DNA from: a virus
Taxonomy: Duplodnaviria; Caudoviricetes
Reading direction: 5' to 3' (one strand)
IMG/VR virus record: IMGVR_UViG_2585428000_000009
Coordinates: 1-64,000 of that record
Length of the DNA stretch: 64,000 nucleotides
The notes under the pieces are model-generated. The model was not told the origin of the DNA. It ran no database searches and was given only the letters and a program-made list of their open reading frames with translations. Each line of letters opens with the position of its first letter. Positions within the stretch are counted from its first letter, which is position 1. Positions 54,364 to 63,321 of the stretch are shown in pieces. A program made the position numbers and the translations under genes.

Positions 54364-54876
54364 TCAAGCCCAAGTCGCACAGAGGTGCCAGTCAGGCCCG
54401 GTCTCTGGGATGGGGATTTCTAGCAGCTCGCAGAAGCGGGCGAGCTGATCGGCCCAATCGGGAGAGACATCGAGGGGCTTCAGCGGTTGGGCACCTGAAT
54501 CACAGCTCTGCACGGATGCTTTGATCCGCACCGACCGGGCGTCGTATTCGTAGCCGTACAGGTCGATCTCCACGCCGATGCTCTTGACCAGCTCGCGCAG
54601 CTGATCACGGTTCGCCGACCATGCCCGGTACTCCGGTGTCGCACGAAGCTCCTGACGCAATCGGTCGGGTTCGGCGGCTGGTATGCGCCAGTCGTCCAAT
54701 GCCGCAGGCGCCAGCTCCTTGGGAAAGGGCACGTCGACCCACCCAAGGCGGCCCGCAAGTACCTCCTCCCAGTTCTCGCCGTCCTGCCACCACAGCGGCA
54801 TCTGGTTGTCGTCGATGTCCTCGCCGTATCCGAGGTCGAATCCCCAGAACACGTCAGCGCTCAGGCTCATCCCCAT
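54364..54876 (-). CDS. Hypothetical phage protein
   Basis: MG.S.SA..FWG.DLG; RBS GAGGA. Confidence 0.7.
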   Translation of the reverse strand: MGMSLSADVFWGFDLGYGEDIDDNQMPLWWQDGENWEEVLAGRLGWVDVPFPKELAPAALDDWRIPAAEPDRLRQELRATPEYRAWSANRDQLRELVKSIGVEIDLYGYEYDARSVRIKASVQSCDSGAQPLKPLDVSPDWADQLARFCELLEIPIPETGPDWHLCATWA

Positions 54877-55012
54877 GAGCGGTCCTCTCGTTCGAATGTT
54901 GTTGTGCGGGTATTGCATTGGTAGGGGCGGGCGGTCCGGGCCGATGTCATCTCGGACCGCCTGCCCCTCCTTCGCGGCTGCCGTCAGCGCGTGTGCGTGT
55001 GGGTCGCTGCGG

Positions 55013-55219
55013 TCAGTCGGGAAGGTCTGGTGTGGTTCGGTCGACGGTCGCGGTGATGTCGAGTAGGTCGCGTTCGACCTGCTTGCTGTCGTGCGCGCGG
55101 GCGTATTCCTCGACGAGCCGCCGCAACTGCTGGTATTTCTGCCAGGTCTCGCGGTGCAGCTGCTCAAGCCGTTCGTGAGGGCTCATGTCGGCCCAGGGCT
55201 CCAGCGGATCAGGCGGCAT
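55013..55219 (-). CDS. Small hypothetical protein
   Basis: Coupled ORF. Confidence 0.55.
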   Translation of the reverse strand: MPPDPLEPWADMSPHERLEQLHRETWQKYQQLRRLVEEYARAHDSKQVERDLLDITATVDRTTPDLPD

Positions 55220-55421
55220 CGCGCACCTCCACCCAGCCGTGTTCGTTGCGCCAGTAGCGGTCGACTTCGCTGGTGGTGTAGATGGCGGGGTTGTCGGGGT
55301 AGTCGTCGACGACGCAGTCTTCGGCGAACCGGATGAACGTCGCGTCGGATGCGTTTCCGCCTTGCCGGAATCGGGTACCGTCAGGCACTTGGCTGGCGTA
55401 GTCCCAGCACCTCGCGGTCAC
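55209..55421 (-). CDS. Small protein with a single W....VP.G...G.VEV module
   Basis: Resembles the repeats in 55418-56317. Confidence 0.6.
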   Translation of the reverse strand: MTARCWDYASQVPDGTRFRQGGNASDATFIRFAEDCVVDDYPDNPAIYTTSEVDRYWRNEHGWVEVRDAA

Positions 55422-56317
55422 GACAGCACCTCAACGAAGCCGTCGGGCCAGTCGGAGTCGACGACGGCCGCTGAGTAAAGGTCGCCGCGAGTTCCGCTCG
55501 GCCAGATGACCCGGAACTCGTCGCCTTCACGGAGGAACGACACCACTCCGGCCGCCACCTGTGGGCGGATGCGCACACCCTGGGGGACGTCGGCCGCCGA
55601 CTGCCAAGTGCGTGGTCGAAGCGGACCCGACAGCACTTCCACGAAGCCCTCCGGCCAAGCCTTAGTGACTGAATCCGGGCCGGTGAGACCGTCGTACCGT
55701 TCGCCGTACCACTGCTTCAAAGCACCGATGTCGTAGACCTGCCATCGGAAAGAACTCGGTGTCCTGGTCGTGAAGACGACGTCATCGGGAATCTGCGACA
55801 CAGTCTTCCACGTGCGCGGCACAGTAACGCCAGCGATCTCGGCTTCCATGATCGGTTCGTCGCCGACGATTCGCCGAAGCTCCGTTATCAGCGTCGGGAT
55901 ACTGATCGGGCCACCTGGGTCGTGCTGCTCGACTTCCTCGAGCAGGCCGATGATGCTACGCACGCGCGCGGCGAGAGGCGACGTGTCCGGTGTTGTGTCT
56001 TCGACGATGGGCGCGTCCACGATGCCGTCGTCGGCGAGGTCCCAGAGTTCGGTCGTGGTGATGGTCTGTACACGTACGCGGACGATCCGCGCGTTCTCCT
56101 CGAAGTAGGTCCGCAGCCCTAACGGGGAGATGTCGGCGGCCAGGCGCTGAATGAGGAGGCGCGCGGAGTCCGGGTTCTCCCACAGGTACGCGTGACTTCC
56201 ATCTGAGAGCTTCCCGGGTACACCGCCATCGCTGTCCCATCCGTTCAAGTCGGCGGCGAGTTCGCCATTCGGGAGACGGATCGCGTAATGCTCTGTCACA
56301 GAGCGTGTCTCGGACAT
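55418..56317 (-). CDS. Hypothetical protein with two C-terminal ~60-aa repeats
   Basis: PRTW...WP.GFVEVLS occurs twice. Confidence 0.7.
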   Translation of the reverse strand: MSETRSVTEHYAIRLPNGELAADLNGWDSDGGVPGKLSDGSHAYLWENPDSARLLIQRLAADISPLGLRTYFEENARIVRVRVQTITTTELWDLADDGIVDAPIVEDTTPDTSPLAARVRSIIGLLEEVEQHDPGGPISIPTLITELRRIVGDEPIMEAEIAGVTVPRTWKTVSQIPDDVVFTTRTPSSFRWQVYDIGALKQWYGERYDGLTGPDSVTKAWPEGFVEVLSGPLRPRTWQSAADVPQGVRIRPQVAAGVVSFLREGDEFRVIWPSGTRGDLYSAAVVDSDWPDGFVEVLS

Positions 56318-56320
56318 CGG

Positions 56321-56503
56321 TTAGTCCTCGCTGTCGCAGTTGTGGCCGTATACGACGGCGCGGGCGGCGGATTCACCGAACGGTCCGGTGCCCCACAGGT
56401 CGTAGGCCATGCCGGTGGTGAAGCCGCACGGTTCGTGTGTGAGGTGGTGAATTTCGAACCAGCCGGGGGCGCGTTCGGCGGTCCAGTCGGAGGGGAGTCT
56501 CAT
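56321..56503 (-). CDS. Small zinc-binding protein
   Basis: H.PCG....H.C. Confidence 0.6.
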   Translation of the reverse strand: MRLPSDWTAERAPGWFEIHHLTHEPCGFTTGMAYDLWGTGPFGESAARAVVYGHNCDSED

Positions 56504-56877
56504 CGATGGGTTCCTTCGTTGAGGCAGGACTGCATGTAGGCGGTGAGGCCCTGGAAGCAGGTGGGGTCGTTGCGGCGCAGCCACTCGATGATGTGGAGGG
56601 TGAGGGTGCGCATAGAGTCGCGGTCGTGGTCGGCTTCCCATTCGATGAGGCGGGCGACGACTTCGCGGACGCCGGTCGCGGGGAGGTCGACGCGGAGTTT
56701 CGCGGCGCGGCCCCTCGCGTTGGTCGCTACCCGGACTTGGCAGATGTCTCGGACGCGTCGACCGAAGCGGCGTTCGATGATGGGGTCGCCGATTTCGATG
56801 CTGTAGCCGTGCGGGTCGACGACGGGCGCGGCACCGTAGTAGACGACCTGGTCGACACCGTCCTCGCGAGTGATCAT
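56500..56877 (-). CDS. Hypothetical protein
   Basis: Coupled ORF. Confidence 0.6.
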   Translation of the reverse strand: MITREDGVDQVVYYGAAPVVDPHGYSIEIGDPIIERRFGRRVRDICQVRVATNARGRAAKLRVDLPATGVREVVARLIEWEADHDRDSMRTLTLHIIEWLRRNDPTCFQGLTAYMQSCLNEGTHR

Positions 56878-57332
56878 GCCGCACCTCGCTGAACATCCTT
56901 TTCGCGCGCCTCAGCGCTGCGCAGCATGCATTGCGCGTGTTCCCAGCGCTTCCGCAAGGCGACGTACCTGGCGAGTCGGCCGTCTTCTCTGGCCTGAATA
57001 CGCGCTGTCCGCTTACGCCCGAGGGCTACGCCGCCCGCTGCCGCACGGTCCGAGATGAGGGGTTCCGTCAGCGGCGCCATCAAGCTCTCGAGACGCTGGA
57101 TCTCGTTCCGCCAGTACGAGGCTGGCCGGTAATAGCGGGCTTTCCGTTCCCGTTCCGGTTTCGGCGCCTGCTCGGGCAGCTCGACCATGTCCTCGTCGCC
57201 GTCGCGAATGAACCATTCGAGGAGTGGCGGGAACCTGAGATTGGGTTTGGTCTGCGCGGCCGTCCATTCGTCGGCGCGCTGCTTCAGGACGAGCATGTAT
57301 TCGTCGAGGGTCATGCGCTCGGTGCCGCTCAT
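56874..57332 (-). CDS. Hypothetical protein
   Basis: Coupled ORF. Confidence 0.6.
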   Translation of the reverse strand: MSGTERMTLDEYMLVLKQRADEWTAAQTKPNLRFPPLLEWFIRDGDEDMVELPEQAPKPERERKARYYRPASYWRNEIQRLESLMAPLTEPLISDRAAAGGVALGRKRTARIQAREDGRLARYVALRKRWEHAQCMLRSAEAREKDVQRGAA

Positions 57333-57661
57333 GCCGCCGCCTTCGATGCGGGGGCGGCGTAGATGCTCCACCAGTAGTTGATGGTGACGGTGGTGTCGTG
57401 GTCGGTGGACCGGTCGGCGCGGTCGAGGATCGCGCGGACGCCTTCGCAGGCGCAGTCGCCGCACAGGCTGGTGTCGGTAGCTATCCAGCCCTCCCCCGGC
57501 TCGTTCACCGTGTATTCGATGTAGACGGCGGCGGGTTGGTCGCATTCGTCGCAGTGGCTGCCGCGGAACTGGTGGGCATCGCGGTCGATGGCGCCGGTGA
57601 AGTTCGGCGCCCATTCGGGGATGTTGAGGAGGCTGCGCACGGTGAGGGTTTCGGTGCTCAT
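57329..57661 (-). CDS. Hypothetical zinc-binding protein
   Basis: CDEC..PA, LC.DC. Confidence 0.65.
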   Translation of the reverse strand: MSTETLTVRSLLNIPEWAPNFTGAIDRDAHQFRGSHCDECDQPAAVYIEYTVNEPGEGWIATDTSLCGDCACEGVRAILDRADRSTDHDTTVTINYWWSIYAAPASKAAA

Positions 57662-57804
57662 GCGGCGGCCTCCAGGTCGAAATCGTTGCTGGTGTATATG
57701 AATTCGCACACGGCGGTGGTGCATTCTTCGTGCCCGCAGAGGGTCTGGTCGGCGTCGATGGCGTCGCAGCGCGCCTCGTAGAGGGCGTCGTATCCGGGGT
57801 TCAT
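57658..57804 (-). CDS. Small hypothetical protein (first gene of the leftward operon)
   Basis: CGHEEC....C; follows the divergent promoter. Confidence 0.5.
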   Translation of the reverse strand: MNPGYDALYEARCDAIDADQTLCGHEECTTAVCEFIYTSNDFDLEAAA

Positions 57805-57853
57805 GGGTGTCGCTTTCGGGTTGAACCGGTGCCAGCCGGTTTGTGATGACTCG

Positions 57854-58016
57854 AATCTATCTTGTTGATTCCCATCAACACAAGAGGGGCACGATCCAGC
57901 GTGACCCAATCGTTACACCATCACTGAACCGCCGACCGCCTGCCAATCAAGGGCATCGAACAGGCAGATTCACTACAGTCAGCACTATTGATTCGCATCA
58001 ACATTAGATGTAGTGT
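57854..58016. promoter_or_regulatory. Divergent promoters with two palindromic operators (TGTTGAT-N4-ATCAACA)
   Basis: TGTTGATTCCCATCAACA at 57863-57880 and TATTGATTCGCATCAACA at 57986-58003; rightward TTGATT-17-TAGTGT, leftward TTGTGT-18-TAGATT. Confidence 0.7.
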
Positions 58017-58055
58017 CGAACGCATCACCCCAACCCAGGCAAGGAGGAGACCCGG

Positions 58056-58352
58056 ATGTTCAACACGATCCAGCACACGGTCCCCCGCGACTTCCGGATG
58101 GACGCCGTCCGCGTCATCGAGACCTACGCCACGAACCGCGGGTGGGCCACGGTCGAAGCCTGGGACACGCCCGACGGGCGCCTGTTCTACGCCCTCGACG
58201 AGACCGACAACCTGCTCGCGCCCGCCACGCAGCGGAAGGTGAGCGCCATCCTCGCTGTCCGCCGGTACGTCGACGCTGGTGAGGAACCAGTGGGTGTCGG
58301 CTGGCACGGTCGCGTCTGCGATCGCGACATCGACGACCTTCCCGAGGACTGA
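58056..58352 (+). CDS. Hypothetical protein
   Basis: Strong RBS AAGGAGG. Confidence 0.7.
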   Translation: MFNTIQHTVPRDFRMDAVRVIETYATNRGWATVEAWDTPDGRLFYALDETDNLLAPATQRKVSAILAVRRYVDAGEEPVGVGWHGRVCDRDIDDLPED

Positions 58353-58395
58353 CCAGCCGTCCCACCAGACCTACACCGACACGGAGAGATTCACG

Positions 58396-58809
58396 ATGAA
58401 CGCCACTAACACGGGCCTGCTCGAATGGATCACGGCCGCGAAAGCGGAGCGACGCGCCTACCGGGCATGGCAGCGCGCTTTACCCCTCGCGCCGATCCGC
58501 CGTGGACCCGACCAGTACGCGCAGCCATGGGTTGGCGTTGTTGACCGCCTCCGCGCCGAACACGCCGCCGCTCGCGACGCGCTCCACGCTGCTGCCCGCG
58601 CTGCTCGCAACGTCACTCTCGACCCTGTCGACGAGTACGGCTGGCAGCGTATCCGCGTCGAAGGCATCGAATGCGGCGCGGCTTTGCGGGTTACGCCTAG
58701 CGGCTACGTCGTGCTCTCGAGCCGGAACGAAAAGTCCGTGCATCGGAATGTTGAGAGTGCGCTCGGTTCGTGGAACTTCGTCGGGATGCTCCTGGACTTC
58801 AACGCCTAG
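58396..58809 (+). CDS. Hypothetical protein
   Basis: RBS GGAGAG. Confidence 0.65.
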   Translation: MNATNTGLLEWITAAKAERRAYRAWQRALPLAPIRRGPDQYAQPWVGVVDRLRAEHAAARDALHAAARAARNVTLDPVDEYGWQRIRVEGIECGAALRVTPSGYVVLSSRNEKSVHRNVESALGSWNFVGMLLDFNA

Positions 58810-58978
58810 CCGTTTGCGTCGCGCCCGGACTCCCGGGCGCGGTGTTGACCGCTAGATCGTGGGCCGGTTCAGGGCACAACGGCGTGCCCAGCAGGACAAC
58901 GGCGTCCAGCGCCGAACCGGCCCACCCCAAACCCGATTCACCCCTCCGCAACCCTCCGATGTCCGGAAGGATCACCGC

Positions 58979-59308
58979 ATGCCCCGCACTATCGACCACA
59001 TCGTCGCGACACACCAGCTCGCCGCTGATCGCCGCCGACAGGGCCGCCCGATCTGGGACGAGACCATCGACGTGTCGGACGTCTTCCACAACGAGGACAT
59101 GTCGTTCGAGGAGATCCGTGACGTGGTCGTCGCCAAGATCAAGGCGTCACGTTGGTACCGCAAGGCCGATCCTCACGACTTCAACGGGGTCCGCGAGATC
59201 ACCGACGACCATCTCGCGCACGCCGACGACGTCGATGAGTTCGACGGCTGGTGGGACGAGCTGTACGACCTCGCCGATTACGCCCGCGTCTGGATCAAGA
59301 CCGTATAG
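58979..59308 (+). CDS. Hypothetical acidic protein
   Basis: FD.WW.ELYDLAD..RVWIKT; RBS GAAGGA. Confidence 0.72.
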   Translation: MPRTIDHIVATHQLAADRRRQGRPIWDETIDVSDVFHNEDMSFEEIRDVVVAKIKASRWYRKADPHDFNGVREITDDHLAHADDVDEFDGWWDELYDLADYARVWIKTV

Positions 59309-59316
59309 GACCTGGA

Positions 59317-59751
59317 ATGACCGAACCCACTGGCCTGGAATGGCTGGCCGAAGGCGCGACGGCCGCTTACATCTATGGCGGTGTCCACAATCAGCGGGTC
59401 AGTGACGCCGTCGTTCAGAAGATCGGCAAACGCGACGTCGTCGTGGTCGTCAACGGCCGGACCGAGAAGTTCAACATCAATCGCACGTGGCGCCGGGGCG
59501 AATGGACACAACTGCGCCGAAGCGGCAACTCGACCTGGGATGCCGGTGTCGAACTTGCTGCCGCCGACGATCCCGCGGTTGCCGAGCTGCGTACACGCCA
59601 GACCCGAGACGACGCGGCTTCCGACGTCGTTGCCGCGGCCGACCGGTTCCGAAGCAGCCGCGACGTCGAGAACGCGAAGAAGCTGCGTGCCGCCATTGAT
59701 GCATTCCTGGACCTGCACGACCGCGATGACGATGCCGGATCAGTCACCTGA
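59317..59751 (+). CDS. Hypothetical protein
   Basis: Coding-like ORF; V.KIGKR.VV. Confidence 0.65.
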   Translation: MTEPTGLEWLAEGATAAYIYGGVHNQRVSDAVVQKIGKRDVVVVVNGRTEKFNINRTWRRGEWTQLRRSGNSTWDAGVELAAADDPAVAELRTRQTRDDAASDVVAAADRFRSSRDVENAKKLRAAIDAFLDLHDRDDDAGSVT

Positions 59752-60247
59752 CCGCCCGGAGCTGGTTGCGTGGCGTCGCCGTCACGCATTGCGGAAGTCG
59801 AATGCCGCGCAGCCGATCCCGTCCGGGAAGCAGTACCAGAGGAACCAAAACACGAGCAGGAACGAGAACAACGCGATGGACGCTGACACCCTCGCACGGC
59901 TGATTGACCCGGACGCATGGCGGGCGCGGGAAGAGGACCAGCACACGATGGGCGCGCAATGGCAGCTTTACGAGCGGCGCTGCGAGTCCGCGAAGGCCGC
60001 CGAACGCATCCTCGACAGCGGGTACGCGGTCGTGAAGCTGCCGGACATGGTTGTCGACCAATCCGACACCCCGACCTGGCCGGTGCCGGACATCAGCCGT
60101 TGGACGGAGGTATTCATCCGGCACTCGGACCGCCGCATCGCGATGGACGCGATGGCTACCCCGCTCGACCGGCCTGAGCATGCACTCGCCGTCGGCGCAG
60201 CATTGATCGCCGCGGCACAATACGTGCTGGCGGTCCGCGATGCATGA
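59732..60247 (+). CDS. Hypothetical protein (alternative start 59876)
   Basis: LRKSNAAQP leader, LARLIDPDAW, GYAVVKLP. Confidence 0.6.
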   Translation: MPDQSPDRPELVAWRRRHALRKSNAAQPIPSGKQYQRNQNTSRNENNAMDADTLARLIDPDAWRAREEDQHTMGAQWQLYERRCESAKAAERILDSGYAVVKLPDMVVDQSDTPTWPVPDISRWTEVFIRHSDRRIAMDAMATPLDRPEHALAVGAALIAAAQYVLAVRDA

Positions 60248-60503
60248 CCCGGATGTGATGGGCGAGTTCGTAGCCGCGCGAGAGCAGTTGGCGCACGCTG
60301 CCCTCTGCTACGTGCAGGCGCAGATCGATCCGCGTGAGCACGCGCATTCGGCCGCGCAGGTGGAATACACCGAGGAACTGATGTGCCTCGCGGCGCGGCG
60401 GCTGACGCAAGCCGTAGAAGCGTTGCCGGAAGACAAGCAACCGATCGGATGGGTTGCGGTCCGCGACGAAACTGAAGCACCAGCAAGAGCAGGAGAAGCG
60501 TGA
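60240..60503 (+). CDS. Hypothetical protein
   Basis: Coupled ORF; L...KQPIGW. Confidence 0.65.
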   Translation: MHDPDVMGEFVAAREQLAHAALCYVQAQIDPREHAHSAAQVEYTEELMCLAARRLTQAVEALPEDKQPIGWVAVRDETEAPARAGEA

Positions 60504-60721
60504 TGGCTGAACTGCGAGTGGTCGAGTCGCGGCACAGCACGTGGACCTATCACCTCAGCGACAGCGGCGACCTGGTCGCATTGTGTGGAGCGTTGACGAT
60601 GAGCAGTCCGGCAACGCTCGAACATTGGGGCACAACCACTCTCGGCGAACGATACTGCTGGGCGTGTGAAGTGCTGGCGAGCAAAAACTTGGAGCAGGAA
60701 CGAGAGAAGCGAGATGAGTAG
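60500..60721 (+). CDS. Small zinc-binding protein
   Basis: YHL....ALCG....WG....YC..C. Confidence 0.68.
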   Translation: MMAELRVVESRHSTWTYHLSDSGDLVALCGALTMSSPATLEHWGTTTLGERYCWACEVLASKNLEQEREKRDE

Positions 60722-60956
60722 ATACCTGCCGTTGACGATGGTCGTCACGCCCACCACGACAGCGGAATGGGTGCTGGCTTTGCAGCGCGCACCAGTCGGC
60801 ACAGTCGTGTCCGATCGCGACGGCGACATCTGGACGAAGCGGCACGGCTACACCGAAGACGGTCTGACTTGGATACGCACGAATGGCGGCTGGTCCCGTC
60901 CAGAGGAGATGGTCCGGTATGTGCCGTTCTTCGAGATGGAGCGGCGCGATGCCTGA
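60714..60956 (+). CDS. Small hypothetical protein
   Basis: P.GTVV.D.DGD.W.K motif. Confidence 0.65.
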   Translation: MSRYLPLTMVVTPTTTAEWVLALQRAPVGTVVSDRDGDIWTKRHGYTEDGLTWIRTNGGWSRPEEMVRYVPFFEMERRDA

Positions 60957-61170
60957 GCAGTGGCATTACGTCATCACGCTCACCTGGCGCACGGGCGTCA
61001 GAGGTGTGGAAACCTTCACGGTCGATGGCCTCCTCGAACAGGCAGGTGATTCACGAATGGAGGCGTTCCAGGCCATCCTGCGCTACGCCCGCGAGTTGAA
61101 GGGCATTCCGGAGTCCAGTGACTCCTATGTCGGGTTCTTCTCACTCGAACCGAACCGGCTGCCCTCGTGA
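60949..61170 (+). CDS. Small hypothetical protein
   Basis: W.Y.ITL...FFSLEPN.L. Confidence 0.65.
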   Translation: MPEQWHYVITLTWRTGVRGVETFTVDGLLEQAGDSRMEAFQAILRYARELKGIPESSDSYVGFFSLEPNRLPS

Positions 61171-61187
61171 ACACTGCCGGACGTGGC

Positions 61188-61220
61188 GAAGCCCCAGCCT
61201 GAAGGGGTCGCTGGGGCTTC
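61188..61220 (+). terminator. Hairpin after the rightward small-gene operon
   Basis: GAAGCCCCAGC/GCTGGGGCTTC 11-bp stem. Confidence 0.6.
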
Positions 61221-61431
61221 TCGGTCAAGTATGCGCCGCAGGGTTGCTGATGTCACCGGGCAACGCGAAGCCCTGACGTACAGGGGATTCCACGCCAGGG
61301 CTTCACGCCCTGTATGTCGGCTACGTCCGTCGTTCGTTACGTCGGTGTGCCGACACTCGAAAATCAACTGCGCGCTGCCCGACCGTGTGCCGTAGTCTGT
61401 CCTGTTCTGCTCACCTGACGACAGGAAAGCG

Positions 61432-62919
61432 ATGCTCTACTACCGAGAGCTGATGACCGACGACCCCAAACGCTGTGCCGCGCACCAGAACGGCGAGTTC
61501 ACCGGCGGCTACCTGTACGGCCCCAGCCCCCGCAGCCGATTGCTGCGAGTATTACTCGACCTCGACAGCCTGAAGGATCTGCGCGGCACGCCACAGTGGA
61601 AGCAGTTCGAGCAGCTATGCGGATATGACCTCGTAGTCGTTTGGAAGATCTCACTGTCCAGAATGGAGCCCCCGCCTCCCCATCCGGAAGCTGGAACGCT
61701 CTACCTATACGACACCACGGAGGCCAAAGGACCGTTCGGACTCTATGGCGCCCAATACAGCTGGCACCTAGGGGATCGCGGTGGGGTCGTGAGCCCCAGC
61801 ACCCGCGAGGAGCAGGCTTTCGTTCACCACATTGACAGTGGGGGCGAGATCGGAACGGGAATTTCTGCGCCCGATGTCCAGCGAGCTGTGCTGCTCTCGG
61901 AAACTGCTCGCGCAGTGGGCGCCGACATTGTGGTGTCGGCGTTGCCGACCGTCGGCAGAACAGACGTCGCAGCGAACTACGCTGCGAATTTCTTCACACC
62001 GGCAGACATCCCGCCGATTGTCTGCCACTACCTCCGAACACAGCATGTATACCCGCTTCCCGGAAGTCGCGCGACAACGAGTCGGCAAAACTTCTATGAG
62101 ATGGCTCTTGGAGCCACCGCTTCCGGCGTGTTCGACTGGCATGAGAAGTGCAGAAGAGACTTTTGTCAGGCGCCATCGAGAGCGGATGGTTCCATCCACC
62201 TCGATTCGAGCACCGAAATGATAATACGCTTGGTCCGGGCGCTGAAGACTTGGGATGAACTACTCTTCCTGGTCGGCGGCCCGCCGAGCAACGAGTCGTC
62301 CGACGACACCGCAGATGCCCTCGACCACATACTCCTGATGCTCTGCGGCGCCGTCGATGTACTCGCTCGGTCGCTGCACAAAGCCCTTGATCTCGCAGGC
62401 AAGCCGAGCAGTGCCAAGCTCCATATTCGAGAATGGTATGACAACAAGTTCCGACCACACTTTGAGGCCCACAACGAAATTCATCGCCTCGACGCACTAC
62501 AAGAATCAGTGCAAGTTGTCTTCGATCTTCGCAACACTATTCACAATCTTGCCCTCAAAGCGGTTGGTGGGTTCATTGTCCCGAACCCCTTCGTAGGAGC
62601 AGAGAAGGGACGACGAACGTTACTCATTCCTCCCGATTCTGGAGAGAAATTGCGCAATCTTGATACAGCCAGTCAGCGGAGGTGGGGTCTGCTAACAAGC
62701 GGCCAACTCACATCCGCCGACCTCGCGCAGTTGACCGCAATGTCGATCAGCAGCGTATGCGCGTTTCTCGGCCAGATCTGCCGTATTCTTGCCTCAACTG
62801 ACGTCCAGGACAAAGACACCGTCTTGGAAGGCACAGCGTCCTGGCCCAACCCGGTGGTGAACCAGAGAAGCATTGAGATCATCGGCAGCTGGGTAGCACT
62901 ACCCGACCCGCTGGCGTAA
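61432..62919 (+). CDS. Hypothetical protein, possibly PIN-like plus HEPN-like (candidate defence RNase)
   Basis: Lower GC; VLLD.D.L and A....ADIVVS (PIN-like); helical C-terminus with GAVDVLAR..H and DLRNTIH. Confidence 0.6.
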   Translation: MLYYRELMTDDPKRCAAHQNGEFTGGYLYGPSPRSRLLRVLLDLDSLKDLRGTPQWKQFEQLCGYDLVVVWKISLSRMEPPPPHPEAGTLYLYDTTEAKGPFGLYGAQYSWHLGDRGGVVSPSTREEQAFVHHIDSGGEIGTGISAPDVQRAVLLSETARAVGADIVVSALPTVGRTDVAANYAANFFTPADIPPIVCHYLRTQHVYPLPGSRATTSRQNFYEMALGATASGVFDWHEKCRRDFCQAPSRADGSIHLDSSTEMIIRLVRALKTWDELLFLVGGPPSNESSDDTADALDHILLMLCGAVDVLARSLHKALDLAGKPSSAKLHIREWYDNKFRPHFEAHNEIHRLDALQESVQVVFDLRNTIHNLALKAVGGFIVPNPFVGAEKGRRTLLIPPDSGEKLRNLDTASQRRWGLLTSGQLTSADLAQLTAMSISSVCAFLGQICRILASTDVQDKDTVLEGTASWPNPVVNQRSIEIIGSWVALPDPLA

Positions 62920-63060
62920 CCAATCGAGCCCCGTACCGGTGTGAGTCGGCGCGGGGCTCGTTCGGGGGTAGTCGGACCGTGCTGATCGCATCAGCGTGGT
63001 TGACGCTCGAACCTTACAAGATGGTGCTGTCGGGGCGCTGACTGCTCTTCCCATCCACGA

Positions 63061-63103
63061 TGTAAACCCTAGGGTTGACATGCGGCTGATTCGGGCGCAC
63101 ACT
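63061..63103 (+). promoter_or_regulatory. 20-bp near-perfect palindrome overlapping a TTGACA -35
   Basis: TGTAAACCCTAGGGTTGACA; TTGACA-17-CACACT upstream of 63139. Confidence 0.55.
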
Positions 63104-63138
63104 GAAACCACCAGCCCAACAAGCGAAAGCAGACTCCG

Positions 63139-63321
63139 ATGCTCACCAACCTCGACGCCCGCGACGCCATCATCACCGCCATCGAAGCCGGGGACGCCTC
63201 CCGCGACGACTTCAACATCGACGCCATCGTCGACGACATCTACGCCGCCACCGGCGACTACAACACCGAGGACGTCGAGCCGGCCGAATTCTGGACCATC
63301 GTCGAGCGCCACGCCCTGTGA
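63139..63321 (+). CDS. Small acidic hypothetical protein
   Basis: DFNIDAIVD....FW.IVERH. Confidence 0.75.
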   Translation: MLTNLDARDAIITAIEAGDASRDDFNIDAIVDDIYAATGDYNTEDVEPAEFWTIVERHAL

